From the NCBI GenBank assembly GCA_037439645.1, contig JBBIVQ010000005.1:10368-74367 (forward strand): a stretch of 64,000 bases of DNA. The letters run 5' to 3'. Below, in pieces: positions 38,515 to 48,738 of this stretch (position 1 is its first letter; the number at the start of each line of letters is the position of its first letter). A model generated the notes under the pieces. The model was not told the DNA's origin, searched no databases, and saw only the letters and a list, made by a program, of their open reading frames with translations. Position numbers and translations under genes: made by a program. This DNA comes from Deltaproteobacteria bacterium. Lineage in GTDB: Bacteria; Desulfobacterota; Deferrimicrobia; Deferrimicrobiales; Deferrimicrobiaceae.

Positions 38515-38689
38515 CCCATAAAGATATCGAACATGGAATAAGGTGGGGGGAGATCCGGTTGCGCCGGGGCTGCGGCGGTTGCGGAAATCATGGCGCATTC
38601 CGGGCATGTCCTGGATAGACAACTGGGTCGCGCTCATTTGGTACCTTGAAATTCCCCCACCTGCCGGCGAGGATTCGTCCGGACCTTCC

Positions 38690-39327
38690 TTGAACGGGAT
38701 ATCCCCCGGCTCGGAATCCGGGTTCCTTCGGCAACGCTTCGCCGGTTCTGGGCCATGCTGGGCCACGCCCACGGCCAGGTCTGGAACGCCGCGGAGTTCG
38801 CGCGTTCGTTCGGGGTCGGCGAGTCGACGGTGCGCCGATACCTGGACCTTCTGGCCGGGACCTTCGTCGTCCGCCAGCTCACGCCCTGGCACGAAAACCT
38901 GCGGAAGCGGCAGGGGAAGTCGCCGAAGATCTACTTTACCGACAGCGGGTTACTGCACACCCTGATGCAGACGGAAACGAGGGCGGCCATCCTTGAGCAC
39001 CCGAGGCTGGGCGCATCCTGGGAGGGGTTCGCCCTGCAGGAGGTCATCGCCCGATTCGGGGCCCGGCCAGAGGAGTGTTTCTTCCGGGCGACCCACGGCG
39101 GGGCGGAGCTCGATCTTCTGATCGTGAGGGGAAAGACGCGCCTGGGGTTCGAGTTCAAGAGAACGGATGCGCCTCGCATGACGCCGTCCATGAGATCCGC
39201 CCTGTCGGATCTCCGCCTCGATACCTTGCATGTGGTCCACGCCGGCGAGCACCTGTTCTCGTTGGGGGAAAGGACCCGGGCGGTCCCTATCGGGGGACTG
39301 TTCGATGAGATCCGGCGGCTGAAATAG
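38690..39327 (+). pseudogene. DUF4143-domain C-terminal fragment of an AAA-family ATPase (N-terminal ATPase domain missing)
   Basis: RRFWAMLGHAHGQVWNAAEFARSFGVGESTVRRYLDLLAGTFVVRQLTPWHENLRKRQGKSPKIYFTDSGLLH matches DUF4143. Upstream remnants are scattered across frames. Confidence 0.6.
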
Positions 39328-39371
39328 ATCATTATTCCACCCCGGTTCGGTTCGAGCGGTCGGCGGTTCGC

Positions 39372-41891
39372 CTATCGGCGGCCCGCCGCCTTCGCATCCG
39401 CCACGCCCGAGATAAAATCCCCGAGCGCCGAGAGCAGGTTCGTGACCACTTTCCCTTCGGGAAGTGGAATCTTGAGGCACGTCCTCCCGTCCTTTTCATC
39501 GCGGTCGACCAACGATTTCAGCAGGCCGTCGAGCGGGTTCCCGCCGGACTGGGTGGGTGCCAGCAGGGCGTGCCCGAGGGCCGCGAAGAATCGACGGCCC
39601 GCGGCGGCGACGAGATCGCCCTGTGCCTGACGGCCGTCCCCTCCTTCCTCGCCGTCGGCGGCCGCGACTCCGCCCCCTTCGATGCACGGGTCTTCTTCCG
39701 ACGAAGCGTCTTCCGCCGGCGCCGCCGCCGGGTCCGTCTCCTGCGGCTGCTCCCCGGGCGGGATGTTCTTTTCGAGACCCGACGTGATCGTCTCCACGGA
39801 CTGCATGAATCGTTTCAGCATGGAGCCGCCGAGCAGGACGACGTCTTCGCCCTCCCGGTCCAGCGCCCCCGCGAAGAGAGATCTCTTGAATTTGAGGAGG
39901 TCGAGGATCCGCTCTTCGATGGAGGATTCCGTGACGAAGTTGACGATGCGGACCGGGCGGCGCTGTCCGAGCCGGTGCACCCTGCCGACCCGCTGTTCGA
40001 GGACCGCGGGATTCCACGGGATGTCCATGTTGATCACGACCGAACCGCTCTGAAGGTTCAGCCCGACGCCGCCGGCGTCGGTGGACAGGAAGACCCTGCA
40101 CGACGGGTCGTTCCTGAAGCGCGACGTCAAATCCTTTCTCCTGGGCGACGGCACCCCGCCGTGAAGGAAGGCGCAACCGATGCCGTTGCGCTCGAGCACC
40201 CCTTCCACGAGCTCCGCCATCCGGATCCACTGGGTGAAGATGACGACCTTTTCCGTTCCTTCGAGTACGATTTCCTTCAACAGGATATCGAGCTCGTCGA
40301 TCTTCGGCCCGTGCACCGTTTTTTTGTCCACCAGGTAGGTGTTGTCCGCCGCCATCCGCATGTAGTTCAGGGCGATCCGGAGCCGTCGCTGGTCGGCTTC
40401 GCCAAGAAACCGGTACCGGCGCCACTTCGCCGCCAGCCGGGCGACGATTCCCAGGTGCTCGTCGTGGATCTCCCGCTGTTCCTTCGTCATGGGAACGAAG
40501 AAGTTCTTGTCGATCCGTTCCGGAAGCTGGCGAAGGACCTCCTCCTTCTTCCTCCGGATCATGATCGGTGCGAGGGATTTCCGGATGGACTGGAGGTCCT
40601 TGTATCCGGTCACCTTGCCGTCTCCGTCGACCACCCGGTGGTTGTCGACAAACCGGAACAGGGGTCCCAGGCGCCACCGGTCGATGAATTCAACGATCGA
40701 GTGAAGCTCCTCGATCCGGTTCTCCAGGGGCGTCCCGGTCAGCACGATGGCGAAGGGGGACTCGAGCTGTTTCACCGATTTCGCGGTCCGCGTCTTCCAG
40801 TTCTTGATCCTCTGGGCCTCGTCGAGAATGATGAGATCGGGGGACCATCGCCGGATCAGGTCCAGGTCCCGGTGGACCAGCTCGTAGTTGATCAGTTTGA
40901 AGAAGCTCTCCTGTCCGTACATCTCTTCGCGCCGGTGATGGAGTCCCTCGATCACCTGCGCCGGCCGTCGGGTAAACGCCTCGATTTCCGAGCGCCACTG
41001 GTGTTTCAGGGAGGTCGGGGAAACGATGAGCACTTTCCGGACGTGGAACAGGTCCGCCATCAGCTCGGCGGCGGCCAAGGCCTGGACGGTCTTTCCCAGG
41101 CCCATATCGTCCCCGATGAGGCACCGCCCGGCATGTACCGCGAACAAGGCGCCTTCGCGTTGATATGGATACAGGTCCGTCTTCAGAAGATTCCTGAACG
41201 CCGGACTGTCGATCCCTTCCTTCAACCGGAAGCGGACGACCCCGCGCCGGTGCTCGGCGTCCTCGAGTTCGGCGGCATATTCGAGGACGTCGTCGTAGCA
41301 ACGCACCTCGTGGCCGTTGCCTCCGTGAATCGCGTGCAGGAACCGGCCGAGATCGGGCATCCTCTCGTCCTTGAGCATCCCGGCTCCGTCGAAGAACTCC
41401 CCGGCAAGCGCAAGAAGCCGCGCCGGCGCGCCCGTTCCGGGCCGGAACGACACCTGTCGCCGAAGGCCGTAACGCAGGTAGACTTCGGAACAGGAAGGAA
41501 CGTATCCCTCCCGGAACGCCTTCCCGGCCCCTTTGCGCTTCATCAACCGGGAAAGTGTGAATTCGATGTGCTTGCACGTCCCCAGGCCCGAGACGGCGTA
41601 GTCCGGGCAGGAGCAGTAGTTGTCCAGGGGATCTTTTCCACGAACGGCGATCCTGTACGTCTTCCCCGATTCCGGGTTATGGAGCCGGAATTCCGAGAAG
41701 ACGGGATGGTCGCCCACGTTTTCGAGCCGATACCTCTGTTCGGCGCCGTACTGTTTCCGCAGAAGCCTCTGCCACTCCTCGAGGCCGAGGTGGTCCGGCT
41801 TGTGCGTCCTCGATATCTTCGGGCCGACGCGAACCTTTTCCTGCGAAAGAGAAGTTTTCTCGGAATCCGACTTCGTCTGCCCGGTGTTCAT
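39372..41891 (-). CDS. SNF2-family helicase with N-terminal SWIM zinc finger
   Basis: SWIM motif CSCPDYAVSGLGTCKHIEF, helicase motif I DDMGLGKTVQALAAA, DEAQRIKN, and motif VI QRVGRVHRLGQ. Start was chosen at MNTGQTK (41891) inside ORF 39372..42182. Confidence 0.85.
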   Translation of the reverse strand: MNTGQTKSDSEKTSLSQEKVRVGPKISRTHKPDHLGLEEWQRLLRKQYGAEQRYRLENVGDHPVFSEFRLHNPESGKTYRIAVRGKDPLDNYCSCPDYAVSGLGTCKHIEFTLSRLMKRKGAGKAFREGYVPSCSEVYLRYGLRRQVSFRPGTGAPARLLALAGEFFDGAGMLKDERMPDLGRFLHAIHGGNGHEVRCYDDVLEYAAELEDAEHRRGVVRFRLKEGIDSPAFRNLLKTDLYPYQREGALFAVHAGRCLIGDDMGLGKTVQALAAAELMADLFHVRKVLIVSPTSLKHQWRSEIEAFTRRPAQVIEGLHHRREEMYGQESFFKLINYELVHRDLDLIRRWSPDLIILDEAQRIKNWKTRTAKSVKQLESPFAIVLTGTPLENRIEELHSIVEFIDRWRLGPLFRFVDNHRVVDGDGKVTGYKDLQSIRKSLAPIMIRRKKEEVLRQLPERIDKNFFVPMTKEQREIHDEHLGIVARLAAKWRRYRFLGEADQRRLRIALNYMRMAADNTYLVDKKTVHGPKIDELDILLKEIVLEGTEKVVIFTQWIRMAELVEGVLERNGIGCAFLHGGVPSPRRKDLTSRFRNDPSCRVFLSTDAGGVGLNLQSGSVVINMDIPWNPAVLEQRVGRVHRLGQRRPVRIVNFVTESSIEERILDLLKFKRSLFAGALDREGEDVVLLGGSMLKRFMQSVETITSGLEKNIPPGEQPQETDPAAAPAEDASSEEDPCIEGGGVAAADGEEGGDGRQAQGDLVAAAGRRFFAALGHALLAPTQSGGNPLDGLLKSLVDRDEKDGRTCLKIPLPEGKVVTNLLSALGDFISGVADAKAAGRR

Positions 41892-42203
41892 CGCAGCGAT
41901 CCTCTTGGTTTTTTTTGCCCGCCCGCTGGGTTGAGCTGTCCCGCCCGGGGTCGGCTGGAAGAGTTCCGGAAAGCGAACCAGGAGAATCTCGCCATCGACG
42001 CCGAGGGGAACCTGACGTACCTGGCCGCCGGCGAATGGCGGTTGCAGTTCGTCATGGAGAAGTGGCCGCAGATCGCTTTTCTGAAGACCCGCGAACACGA
42101 CCGAATCCCGTTTCCCCTGTTTCCCTTCCTCTCCGGTTTCTTGATTGTTCCCGTGATTATGAAGGAGTGTACCTCGTAACACGCAGGCGCCGAAAGGAGA
42201 GGA

Positions 42204-42836
42204 TCATGGCGCCGTTCGACGCGAAGACGATCCTCGTCGAAAGGGCGAAGAAGCCGGCGGGCAACCTGCCCGGAACTCCTCCGAAAGCCAGGCGCCGAGC
42301 GCTCCGAGCACTCCTCCCCAGAGCGGGTGGGCCTTCTTCCGTGCCACCCGCTCGGCCTCGGGCAGCCACGACAGAAGATGGCGCTCGAGAAAGTCCGCCC
42401 TCGCGGAGCGGGCCGCCCGAACCGAATCCGCAGGGCCCCCGGGCCGTTCCTCAAGCCAGCAGAGGATCAGCAGGAAGCCGAGCTGGTTCCGCAGGTGGTC
42501 GGGGTTGTCGGCCGCGCCGTTCGACAGGTCGCATCCGAACGCCTTGTAATAGAGGATATTCTCGTGGAGGACCTCCGGCACGCTCTCCTCCTTCCGGTAA
42601 TGGGTCTCGAAGAGGGGAACCGGTGGCGCCGGGAAGCCGACGTCGAAGGTCGACAGGACGAACGACTCCCATTCCCCCGGATCCCGGGGAAGGTCCTCCC
42701 GGAGTGCATGGGGGCTCCCTGGACCGAGCCAACCGCGCGAGGCGAGATCCTCGAGCCAGTCGGAGGAGAGGATCAGCTCCTGCTGCTCCTTCCCCGGTCG
42801 GCCGAAGGCCAGGAGGAAGGAACGTGCCATCGCCAT
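42204..42836 (-). CDS. TorD/NarJ-family redox-enzyme maturation chaperone (delta subunit)
   Basis: NPDHLRNQLGFLLILCWLEE matches the TorD-family E(P)DHL motif. The gene lies downstream of the molybdoenzyme genes. Confidence 0.7.
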   Translation of the reverse strand: MAMARSFLLAFGRPGKEQQELILSSDWLEDLASRGWLGPGSPHALREDLPRDPGEWESFVLSTFDVGFPAPPVPLFETHYRKEESVPEVLHENILYYKAFGCDLSNGAADNPDHLRNQLGFLLILCWLEERPGGPADSVRAARSARADFLERHLLSWLPEAERVARKKAHPLWGGVLGALGAWLSEEFRAGCPPASSPFRRGSSSRRTAP

Positions 42837-42880
42837 CCGGTCGCCCCCCGGACGGGACCCTGTCCGACCCTTCTCCTGCG

Positions 42881-43552
42881 TCACCTCGCGAACCGATACC
42901 ACGGGGTGTACCACTTGTAGCCGTTCCGGTCCCCCGTCCCTCCGTCCCAGACGGCGAACGCCATCGGTACCGCCGGGTCGAAGTCGCGGACGATGAAGGT
43001 CACGCTCCTGCGGATTCCCGCACGCGACGGTTCGGCCGTCATCCCGGTCTCCTCCGGCGTCTTTTCGACCGTCCCGCGGCCCCGTGCGTGGAGCGTTTCC
43101 ACCTTTGAACCGGCCCGCCACAAGACCATTCGCACCTCCCGGTCGCGATCCCCCATCATGATCCCCGGGTTTCTTGCTCCCGGCTTCCGGGGAAGCATCA
43201 GCGCCGCGGCGTCTCCGAAGGCGTCCGTCCGCCCGGTGGGCTTCCGGTAGATGGAATCGTCTCCGTAGGCGGCCCGCTTGGCTCCAGCCACGGCATCTTC
43301 CGTCGGGTCGTCCCAGGAGAGGGTCACCCGCAGCACCTTCCCCTCGATCCGTGCCATGGCGCGCGCATGAAGGTCCCGGTTCAAAACGGCCCGGTCCGTG
43401 GCGAACATCGGGGGAGTCCGATTGAGCAGAAGCGGCGTCTCTTTGCCTTGCGCCAACGTGAATCCCGCGAACGCCGGGGCCGACCCGAGAAGAACGGCCG
43501 CCGCGACGAGCGAAACGATCGGTTGCCGCATCGGGAAATCCCTCCGGATCAT
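42881..43552 (-). CDS. Heme-b gamma subunit of a type II DMSO-reductase-family enzyme (EbdC/DdhC/SerC-like EB_dh domain), signal peptide
   Basis: Signal peptide MRQPIVSLVAAAVLLGSAPAFA. Size and position after the beta subunit fit. The start overlaps the beta subunit stop. Confidence 0.65.
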   Translation of the reverse strand: MIRRDFPMRQPIVSLVAAAVLLGSAPAFAGFTLAQGKETPLLLNRTPPMFATDRAVLNRDLHARAMARIEGKVLRVTLSWDDPTEDAVAGAKRAAYGDDSIYRKPTGRTDAFGDAAALMLPRKPGARNPGIMMGDRDREVRMVLWRAGSKVETLHARGRGTVEKTPEETGMTAEPSRAGIRRSVTFIVRDFDPAVPMAFAVWDGGTGDRNGYKWYTPWYRFAR

Positions 43553-44547
43553 CCGGTTGCCCCCTTCCCGGCGGGAATCCGGTACCGAACCTTGTCATCC
43601 CGACCGATCAGCAACTGGAGCACATCGCTCTTCCCCCCCGACTGGGCGATTTCCAACTCCGCGGCCAGCCGGGACGCCACCTCCTTGACCCGCGGACCGA
43701 ACAGCGCTTCCAGGGATTTCCACGGGATCCTCGGGTCGTGCAGGATCCCTTTCCCGTACGCGCCCCGGCGGGGAGGGTTGAAGGGGGGAACGTAGTAGAC
43801 GTTGGGACCGGTCCCCTTGCCCGGAAGAAGCGGCAGCGCCACCTTGTGGACCCGGACCAGCTGGTGGACCGGGGAGAGCGGGTCGCCCAGCATCCCCACG
43901 AACCGGAGCCGCCCCGGGCACTGTTTCGCGCAGGCGTTGGGGGTTCCCTTGGCCAGTCTCGGGTAGCAGAAGATGCATTTCTGCGAGACACCGGCCACCT
44001 CGTTCATGTAGATCTTCTTGTAGGGGCAGGCGCGGACGCACTGTCGGTACCCGCGGCACCGTTCCTGGTCGATCAGGACGATCCCGTCCTCATCCCGTTT
44101 GTAGATCGCCTTGCGGGGACAGGCTTCGAGGCAGGCCGGGTGCGTGCAGTGGTTGCAGATCCGCGGCAGGTAGAAGAAGTGGGTCTCCCCCCGGTCGGTG
44201 TCCCCCACGTCCTCTCCCCAGTTCGGCCCGTTGGTCGGGTCGACGTGGGGCATCACCGGCTTCCCCTTTCCTTCGAAGAGACGCTGGGAATAGTCGTACT
44301 CGAAGGGAACTCCGTACTTCCCGATCGGAGGGATCTCCCCCGGGGCCACCCGCCCGTCGCGAAACCCGCCTCCCGCCTCCGACCATCCGGCCGGGTATCC
44401 CGCCCCGGGGCGGGTCTCGACGTTGTTCCAGTACATGTAGCCCATCCCGTCCCGGTCGGTCCACAGCTTCTTGCAGGCGACGGTGCAGGTCTGGCACCCG
44501 AGGCACTTGTTCAGGTCCATCACCATGGCGTACTGCATCTTCGACAT
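43549..44547 (-). CDS. Fe-S beta subunit (NarH/NxrB/EbdB-like, four Cys clusters)
   Basis: MSKMQYAMVMDLNKCLGCQTCTVACK..., CNHCTHPACLEACP, CRGYRQCVRACP and CIFCYPRL. The upstream part of ORF 43549..45798 was rejected. Confidence 0.85.
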   Translation of the reverse strand: MSKMQYAMVMDLNKCLGCQTCTVACKKLWTDRDGMGYMYWNNVETRPGAGYPAGWSEAGGGFRDGRVAPGEIPPIGKYGVPFEYDYSQRLFEGKGKPVMPHVDPTNGPNWGEDVGDTDRGETHFFYLPRICNHCTHPACLEACPRKAIYKRDEDGIVLIDQERCRGYRQCVRACPYKKIYMNEVAGVSQKCIFCYPRLAKGTPNACAKQCPGRLRFVGMLGDPLSPVHQLVRVHKVALPLLPGKGTGPNVYYVPPFNPPRRGAYGKGILHDPRIPWKSLEALFGPRVKEVASRLAAELEIAQSGGKSDVLQLLIGRDDKVRYRIPAGKGATG

Positions 44548-44567
44548 CGCGGGCTCCTCGGAGGAAC

Positions 44568-47330
44568 TTACGTCCGGACCTTCTCCACTTCGACCTTCAC
44601 GTCCCGGTTGTTTCCCGTAGGCCCCCAGTAGTTGAGGCGGAAGTTGACATGCCCGTACTTTCCGACCAGCTGGGTCGGCTTGATCTTGATGTACGTGAGC
44701 GACTGCCATCCCCCGTGCCGGAAACCGAGGAACTTCTCCCAACCGTGGTACATCGTCACCCGCCCCCGCCGCTCGCCGGGCAGGATCTTCGCGCGGACGA
44801 CGCAGAAGCCGATGTGATTGCGGATCCGGATCCAGTCGTTGTCCCGGATTCCGCGGGCGGCGGCGTCCGCCGGGTTCAGGTACGCGATCGGCATTCCCCG
44901 CTGAAGACGGAGCATGTAGCGGTTGTCCCTCCACGTGGAGTGGATCGACCAGCGGCCGTGGGGCGTGTTCCAGTACAGCGGGTACGGGTCGGTCACCTGC
45001 TCCTTCGACACCGGGAGCTCCTCCCCGAGATCCAGGAACCAGGGGTGGTCGATGTAGAACTGCTGCCGGCCGACGAGCGTCCGCCACGGCCGCTTCTTGT
45101 ACACCTGGTGCTTGAAGGGCGTGTAGGCGACCCCTTCCTCGACGTCCGAGTTCCAGGAGACGGGATCGGTCCGCACGAACCGGCGAGGCCGCTCCTTGAG
45201 GCCGGCGTAGGTCATCCCCTTCGTCTCCTCCGCGTTCGCCAGGATGAAGTTCGCCGCTTCTTCGTCGGTCGAGATCTTCCCGCCTCCCGACCAGAGCGCG
45301 TGCACCTTCGTGAAGTCGCGCTCCCAGCCGAACTGACCGTCGCGGTAGGGGGGGAGCCCGCGGCGGACGGCGACCTCCCCGATCTTCTTCGCCAGCGCGG
45401 AGAAGATGTCCCAGTCGGTGCGGCTCTCGAAGAGCGGGTCGAGCACCTTCGAGAAGGGGTGGATGTAGGAATGGCAGTCGGTGGTGTTCAGGTCGGTCTT
45501 CTCGTAGTAGCTGGCCGCCGGGAGGACGATGTCGGAGTAGAGGGCGGTCGTGTCCATCCGGTAGTTGACGTTCACGATCAGGTCGAGATCGTTCCACAGG
45601 GAAGGGAGGATCTTTTCGTTCCCCTTCGCCTGGTTCAGGTAGTTCGCCCTCCAGACGATCAACGACCGGGGCTTCTGCTTCCGGTTCTTCGGGTAGAGCG
45701 GCATCCACCCGTTCGCCACGCTCTCCTCGATATACTTCTCGATCTTTTTCCCGTTGTAGGTGTGCTCGTCCTTGTTGGCGGAGTGGACGTAGGTCCAAAG
45801 CGTCGTGTTCTGGAATCGCTGCTTCTTTCCCCCTTCCGGGAAGGCGAGCTTCTTGAAGCCTTCCTCCGGCCAGACCCGCTCCTGTCCCACGTAATGGTTG
45901 AACCCGCCGCCGTTCTTCCCGGTGTTGCCGGTCAGGGCGACCAACAGGATCATCGACCGGTTGATCAGGTCGTTGTGGAACCAGTGGTTCGTCCCCGCCC
46001 CGTGGATGATCATCGCCGGCTTGCGCGTCCCCATCATCCGGGCGAACGCGACGATGTCCCGGCGGTCCAGCCCGGTCGTGCGGGCCACCTTGTCGAGCGT
46101 GTAGCCGCGAAGAACCTTTCGCAGCCGCTCGAAGACCGGGACGACCGCCATCTTCTCCCCCGTCTTGCCTGTCACCTCGTACCGGCCGGTCAGGGCGGGC
46201 ACGGCCCCCGCCAACCCGATCGACTTCACCGGGGACCCCATGGAGCCCGGCGCCTTCTTCACTTTCCCGTCCCTTTCATCGACGAAGTAGAAGACTTCGT
46301 CGCTCCCTTTCGCCTCCAGGTCCGACTCCCGCAGGAAGCGGCGGGTCCTCTCCACGACCAGGAGCGGCATGTCGGTCTGCTCCCGGACGTAGGAGGGGTC
46401 GAACAGTTTTTCCTCGACAAGGATGCGCGCCACGCCCATGGCGAGGTCGGCGTCGGTCCCCGGCGCGATTCCGAGGAAGAGGTCCGCGTGGGTGCAGCTC
46501 GAATTGAAGTCGGGAGAGATCCCGACCACCTTCGCTCCGTTGTACCGGGCCTCGAAGGCGAAGTGGGCGTCGGGGATCCGGGTCTGGGTGACGTTGGCCC
46601 CCCAGAAGACGATCAGTTTCGCGTTGAACCAGTCGGCGCACTCGCACGCCTCGGTCTGCACACCCCACGTAAGCGGTTCCCCCGGGGGCAGGTCGCAATA
46701 CCAGTCGTAGAAGGAACAGACGACCCCTCCGATGTAATGAGCCAGCCGCGATCCTGCGCAGAAGGAGACCGGGCTCATCGCGGGGATCACGCTGAAGAAG
46801 GTGTTCGTGTCCGGACCGTAGCGGTAGACGTTGTCCAGCAGTTTTCCGGCGATCGACTCCAGGGCCTCGTCCCATGTGGCGCGCCGCCACTTCCCCTCCC
46901 CCCGCTTCCCCGTCCGGATGAGCGGAAAACGGAGCCGCTGCGCTCCGTAGACGTACTCGACGAAGCAGGCCCCTTTCTGGCAGCCGCGGGGGTTGTAGTC
47001 GGGCAGGTCCTCGCTGATCCGGGGATAGTCGGAGGCCTGCTCCTCCCGAAGCATCACCCCGTCCTTGACGTAGACCTTCCAGGAGCAGGAACCCGTGCAG
47101 TTCGCCGAGTGGGTCGACCGGGCCACCTTGTCCCAGCTCCACTGTTTCGCGTAGAGCGACTCCCATCCGCGGTACGGGTAGCTCCGCATCGGGTCGTAGT
47201 CGAACCGGAATCCCGGGACCTCCGGCGGGGACTCCTTGCCGGCCCCTGCGGCGCCGGCCAGGAGCCCCGCGGCCGAGAGGGAGGAGATCCAGAGAAACCT
47301 CCTGCGGCTGATCTTCCCGTCGGACATCAT
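44568..47330 (-). CDS. Molybdopterin alpha subunit, type II DMSO reductase family (NarG/NxrA/EbdA/PcrA-like), Tat-exported
   Basis: Tat motif SRRRFLWISSLSAAGLL, the FS0 motif STHSANCTGSCSWKVYVKDG (H-x3-C-x3-C), about 920 aa. An AGGAGG Shine-Dalgarno precedes the start, which overlaps the cytochrome c stop (ATGA). Confidence 0.9.
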   Translation of the reverse strand: MMSDGKISRRRFLWISSLSAAGLLAGAAGAGKESPPEVPGFRFDYDPMRSYPYRGWESLYAKQWSWDKVARSTHSANCTGSCSWKVYVKDGVMLREEQASDYPRISEDLPDYNPRGCQKGACFVEYVYGAQRLRFPLIRTGKRGEGKWRRATWDEALESIAGKLLDNVYRYGPDTNTFFSVIPAMSPVSFCAGSRLAHYIGGVVCSFYDWYCDLPPGEPLTWGVQTEACECADWFNAKLIVFWGANVTQTRIPDAHFAFEARYNGAKVVGISPDFNSSCTHADLFLGIAPGTDADLAMGVARILVEEKLFDPSYVREQTDMPLLVVERTRRFLRESDLEAKGSDEVFYFVDERDGKVKKAPGSMGSPVKSIGLAGAVPALTGRYEVTGKTGEKMAVVPVFERLRKVLRGYTLDKVARTTGLDRRDIVAFARMMGTRKPAMIIHGAGTNHWFHNDLINRSMILLVALTGNTGKNGGGFNHYVGQERVWPEEGFKKLAFPEGGKKQRFQNTTLWTYVHSANKDEHTYNGKKIEKYIEESVANGWMPLYPKNRKQKPRSLIVWRANYLNQAKGNEKILPSLWNDLDLIVNVNYRMDTTALYSDIVLPAASYYEKTDLNTTDCHSYIHPFSKVLDPLFESRTDWDIFSALAKKIGEVAVRRGLPPYRDGQFGWERDFTKVHALWSGGGKISTDEEAANFILANAEETKGMTYAGLKERPRRFVRTDPVSWNSDVEEGVAYTPFKHQVYKKRPWRTLVGRQQFYIDHPWFLDLGEELPVSKEQVTDPYPLYWNTPHGRWSIHSTWRDNRYMLRLQRGMPIAYLNPADAAARGIRDNDWIRIRNHIGFCVVRAKILPGERRGRVTMYHGWEKFLGFRHGGWQSLTYIKIKPTQLVGKYGHVNFRLNYWGPTGNNRDVKVEVEKVRT

Positions 47331-48736
47331 TTCCTCCTTGCGGACAGGGTGCGCAGGTACGACAGCAGGTCCGCCACTTCCCCCCCGTCGAGCCCGGTTC
47401 CCCCCGGCCCCGTGAAAGCCACCATCGCGGTACCGGGACGCCCGTTTGCGATCGTCTTCAGGATCATCGCGTCGCTCCCCTTTTCCTGGAGGGGACGCGA
47501 GGAAAGCGTCGGCGCCACCTGTCCCTTCGCCGGGTCGTGGCATCCGGCGCACTGCTCGAGGAAGATCCGTTTCCCCTGTTCCGGGTTCCCGGGGGGAGGC
47601 TTCGCCGCGGTTTCGACCCGACGCTCGGGAACGTTTCCGGGTCCCGCGAGGTAGTCGAGCAACCTCCCGAGGTCCGCGTCGTTCATCCCTCCCTCGAAAC
47701 CGGCCATCAGGGTCCCCGGACGGCCCCCGACGATGTTGGCCCGCAGGAATTCCCGGTCGGTCGTCCGGAGAAAGGCGGGGTTGCGGATCGCGGGGACGAA
47801 GCGGCCGAGGAACCTGTCGAAAATGCCGAATGTGCCGTCTCCGTGGCAGACCCGGCAGAGCCGGTCGTACAGCGTTTTCCCGTCCCGCTCCCCGAAGTCG
47901 TGCTCCCGCGAAAGAAACCGGTGCCGGTCGCGGGCGACCAGCCGGTCGGGCAGTTCCCGGCCCGCCTGCAGCGAAAGCATGTAGACGGTCAGCGCGTACG
48001 CATCGTCGTCGGTAGGGTAGCCAGGCATCATGAGGCTGTTCGGAACGATCCCCTGCGGGTCCTTGAAATGGAGGTCGAGCCACCGGTAGGCGGTTTTTTC
48101 CCCCGGCAGGTTCGCCATGACCAGCTGATGCTTCGTCTTCCGTCCGACCGAGTCCAGCTCGGCCCCGAGCGATCCACCCAACCCCCCAAGACGATGGCAG
48201 CCGTGACACCCCATCTCCTCGAAGAGCCGCGCACCCCGGGACAGGACCGGTGCACCGCGCGATTCGACCGCCGCCGGGTCGTGGCAGATCCCGCAGGACG
48301 ATTCCACCAGCTCCTTCGGAAGGAGGGGATAGTCCCAGTGCGCTTCCACGGCCTTGGCCTCCCGGAAGCTCACGGCCGCTCCCATTCCCCGGTGGCAGAT
48401 CGTGCAGCCGAACTTCTCCGGCGGATGGGCCTTCAGGATATCGCCGGGGTGCGGCGCGAACGGGTTGGCGGCCCCGGCCATCCGCGGGTCCTCCATCCCG
48501 AGGTGGCAGGTCACGCACCGGTCGACGACTCCCAGGTCCGGCACGACGACCTGCCGCAATTCCACGGGCATCGCCAAGGCTTCCTTTTTCTCCGCGGGCG
48601 TCCGGGCGCGCTGCGCGAGCAGCCGCGCGTACTCCTTCTGGTACCCTTTCCATGAAACGAAGACGTTTTCCGACAGGCTCGAAGCGAGGAGGAACCCGAG
48701 GGCGGCCAGGCTCGAGACCAGGAGAAGTTTCTTCAT
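47327..48736 (-). CDS. Hexaheme c-type cytochrome with signal peptide
   Basis: Six CxxCH motifs (CVTCH, CTICH, CGICH, CHGCH, CRVCH, CAGCH) and the signal peptide MKKLLLVSSLAALGFLLA. Confidence 0.8.
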   Translation of the reverse strand: MKKLLLVSSLAALGFLLASSLSENVFVSWKGYQKEYARLLAQRARTPAEKKEALAMPVELRQVVVPDLGVVDRCVTCHLGMEDPRMAGAANPFAPHPGDILKAHPPEKFGCTICHRGMGAAVSFREAKAVEAHWDYPLLPKELVESSCGICHDPAAVESRGAPVLSRGARLFEEMGCHGCHRLGGLGGSLGAELDSVGRKTKHQLVMANLPGEKTAYRWLDLHFKDPQGIVPNSLMMPGYPTDDDAYALTVYMLSLQAGRELPDRLVARDRHRFLSREHDFGERDGKTLYDRLCRVCHGDGTFGIFDRFLGRFVPAIRNPAFLRTTDREFLRANIVGGRPGTLMAGFEGGMNDADLGRLLDYLAGPGNVPERRVETAAKPPPGNPEQGKRIFLEQCAGCHDPAKGQVAPTLSSRPLQEKGSDAMILKTIANGRPGTAMVAFTGPGGTGLDGGEVADLLSYLRTLSARRK

Positions 48737-48738
48737 CG

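Noticed and set aside
43549-45798. 749-aa minus-strand ORF as one gene
   Set aside because: It is the Fe-S beta subunit (from MSKMQYAMV at 44547) plus an out-of-frame read-through of the 3' end of the alpha-subunit gene.
44649-47654. 1001-aa plus-strand ORF antisense to the molybdoenzyme alpha subunit
   Set aside because: The minus strand encodes a textbook NarG-type protein with Tat signal and Fe-S motif. The plus-strand product is low-complexity.
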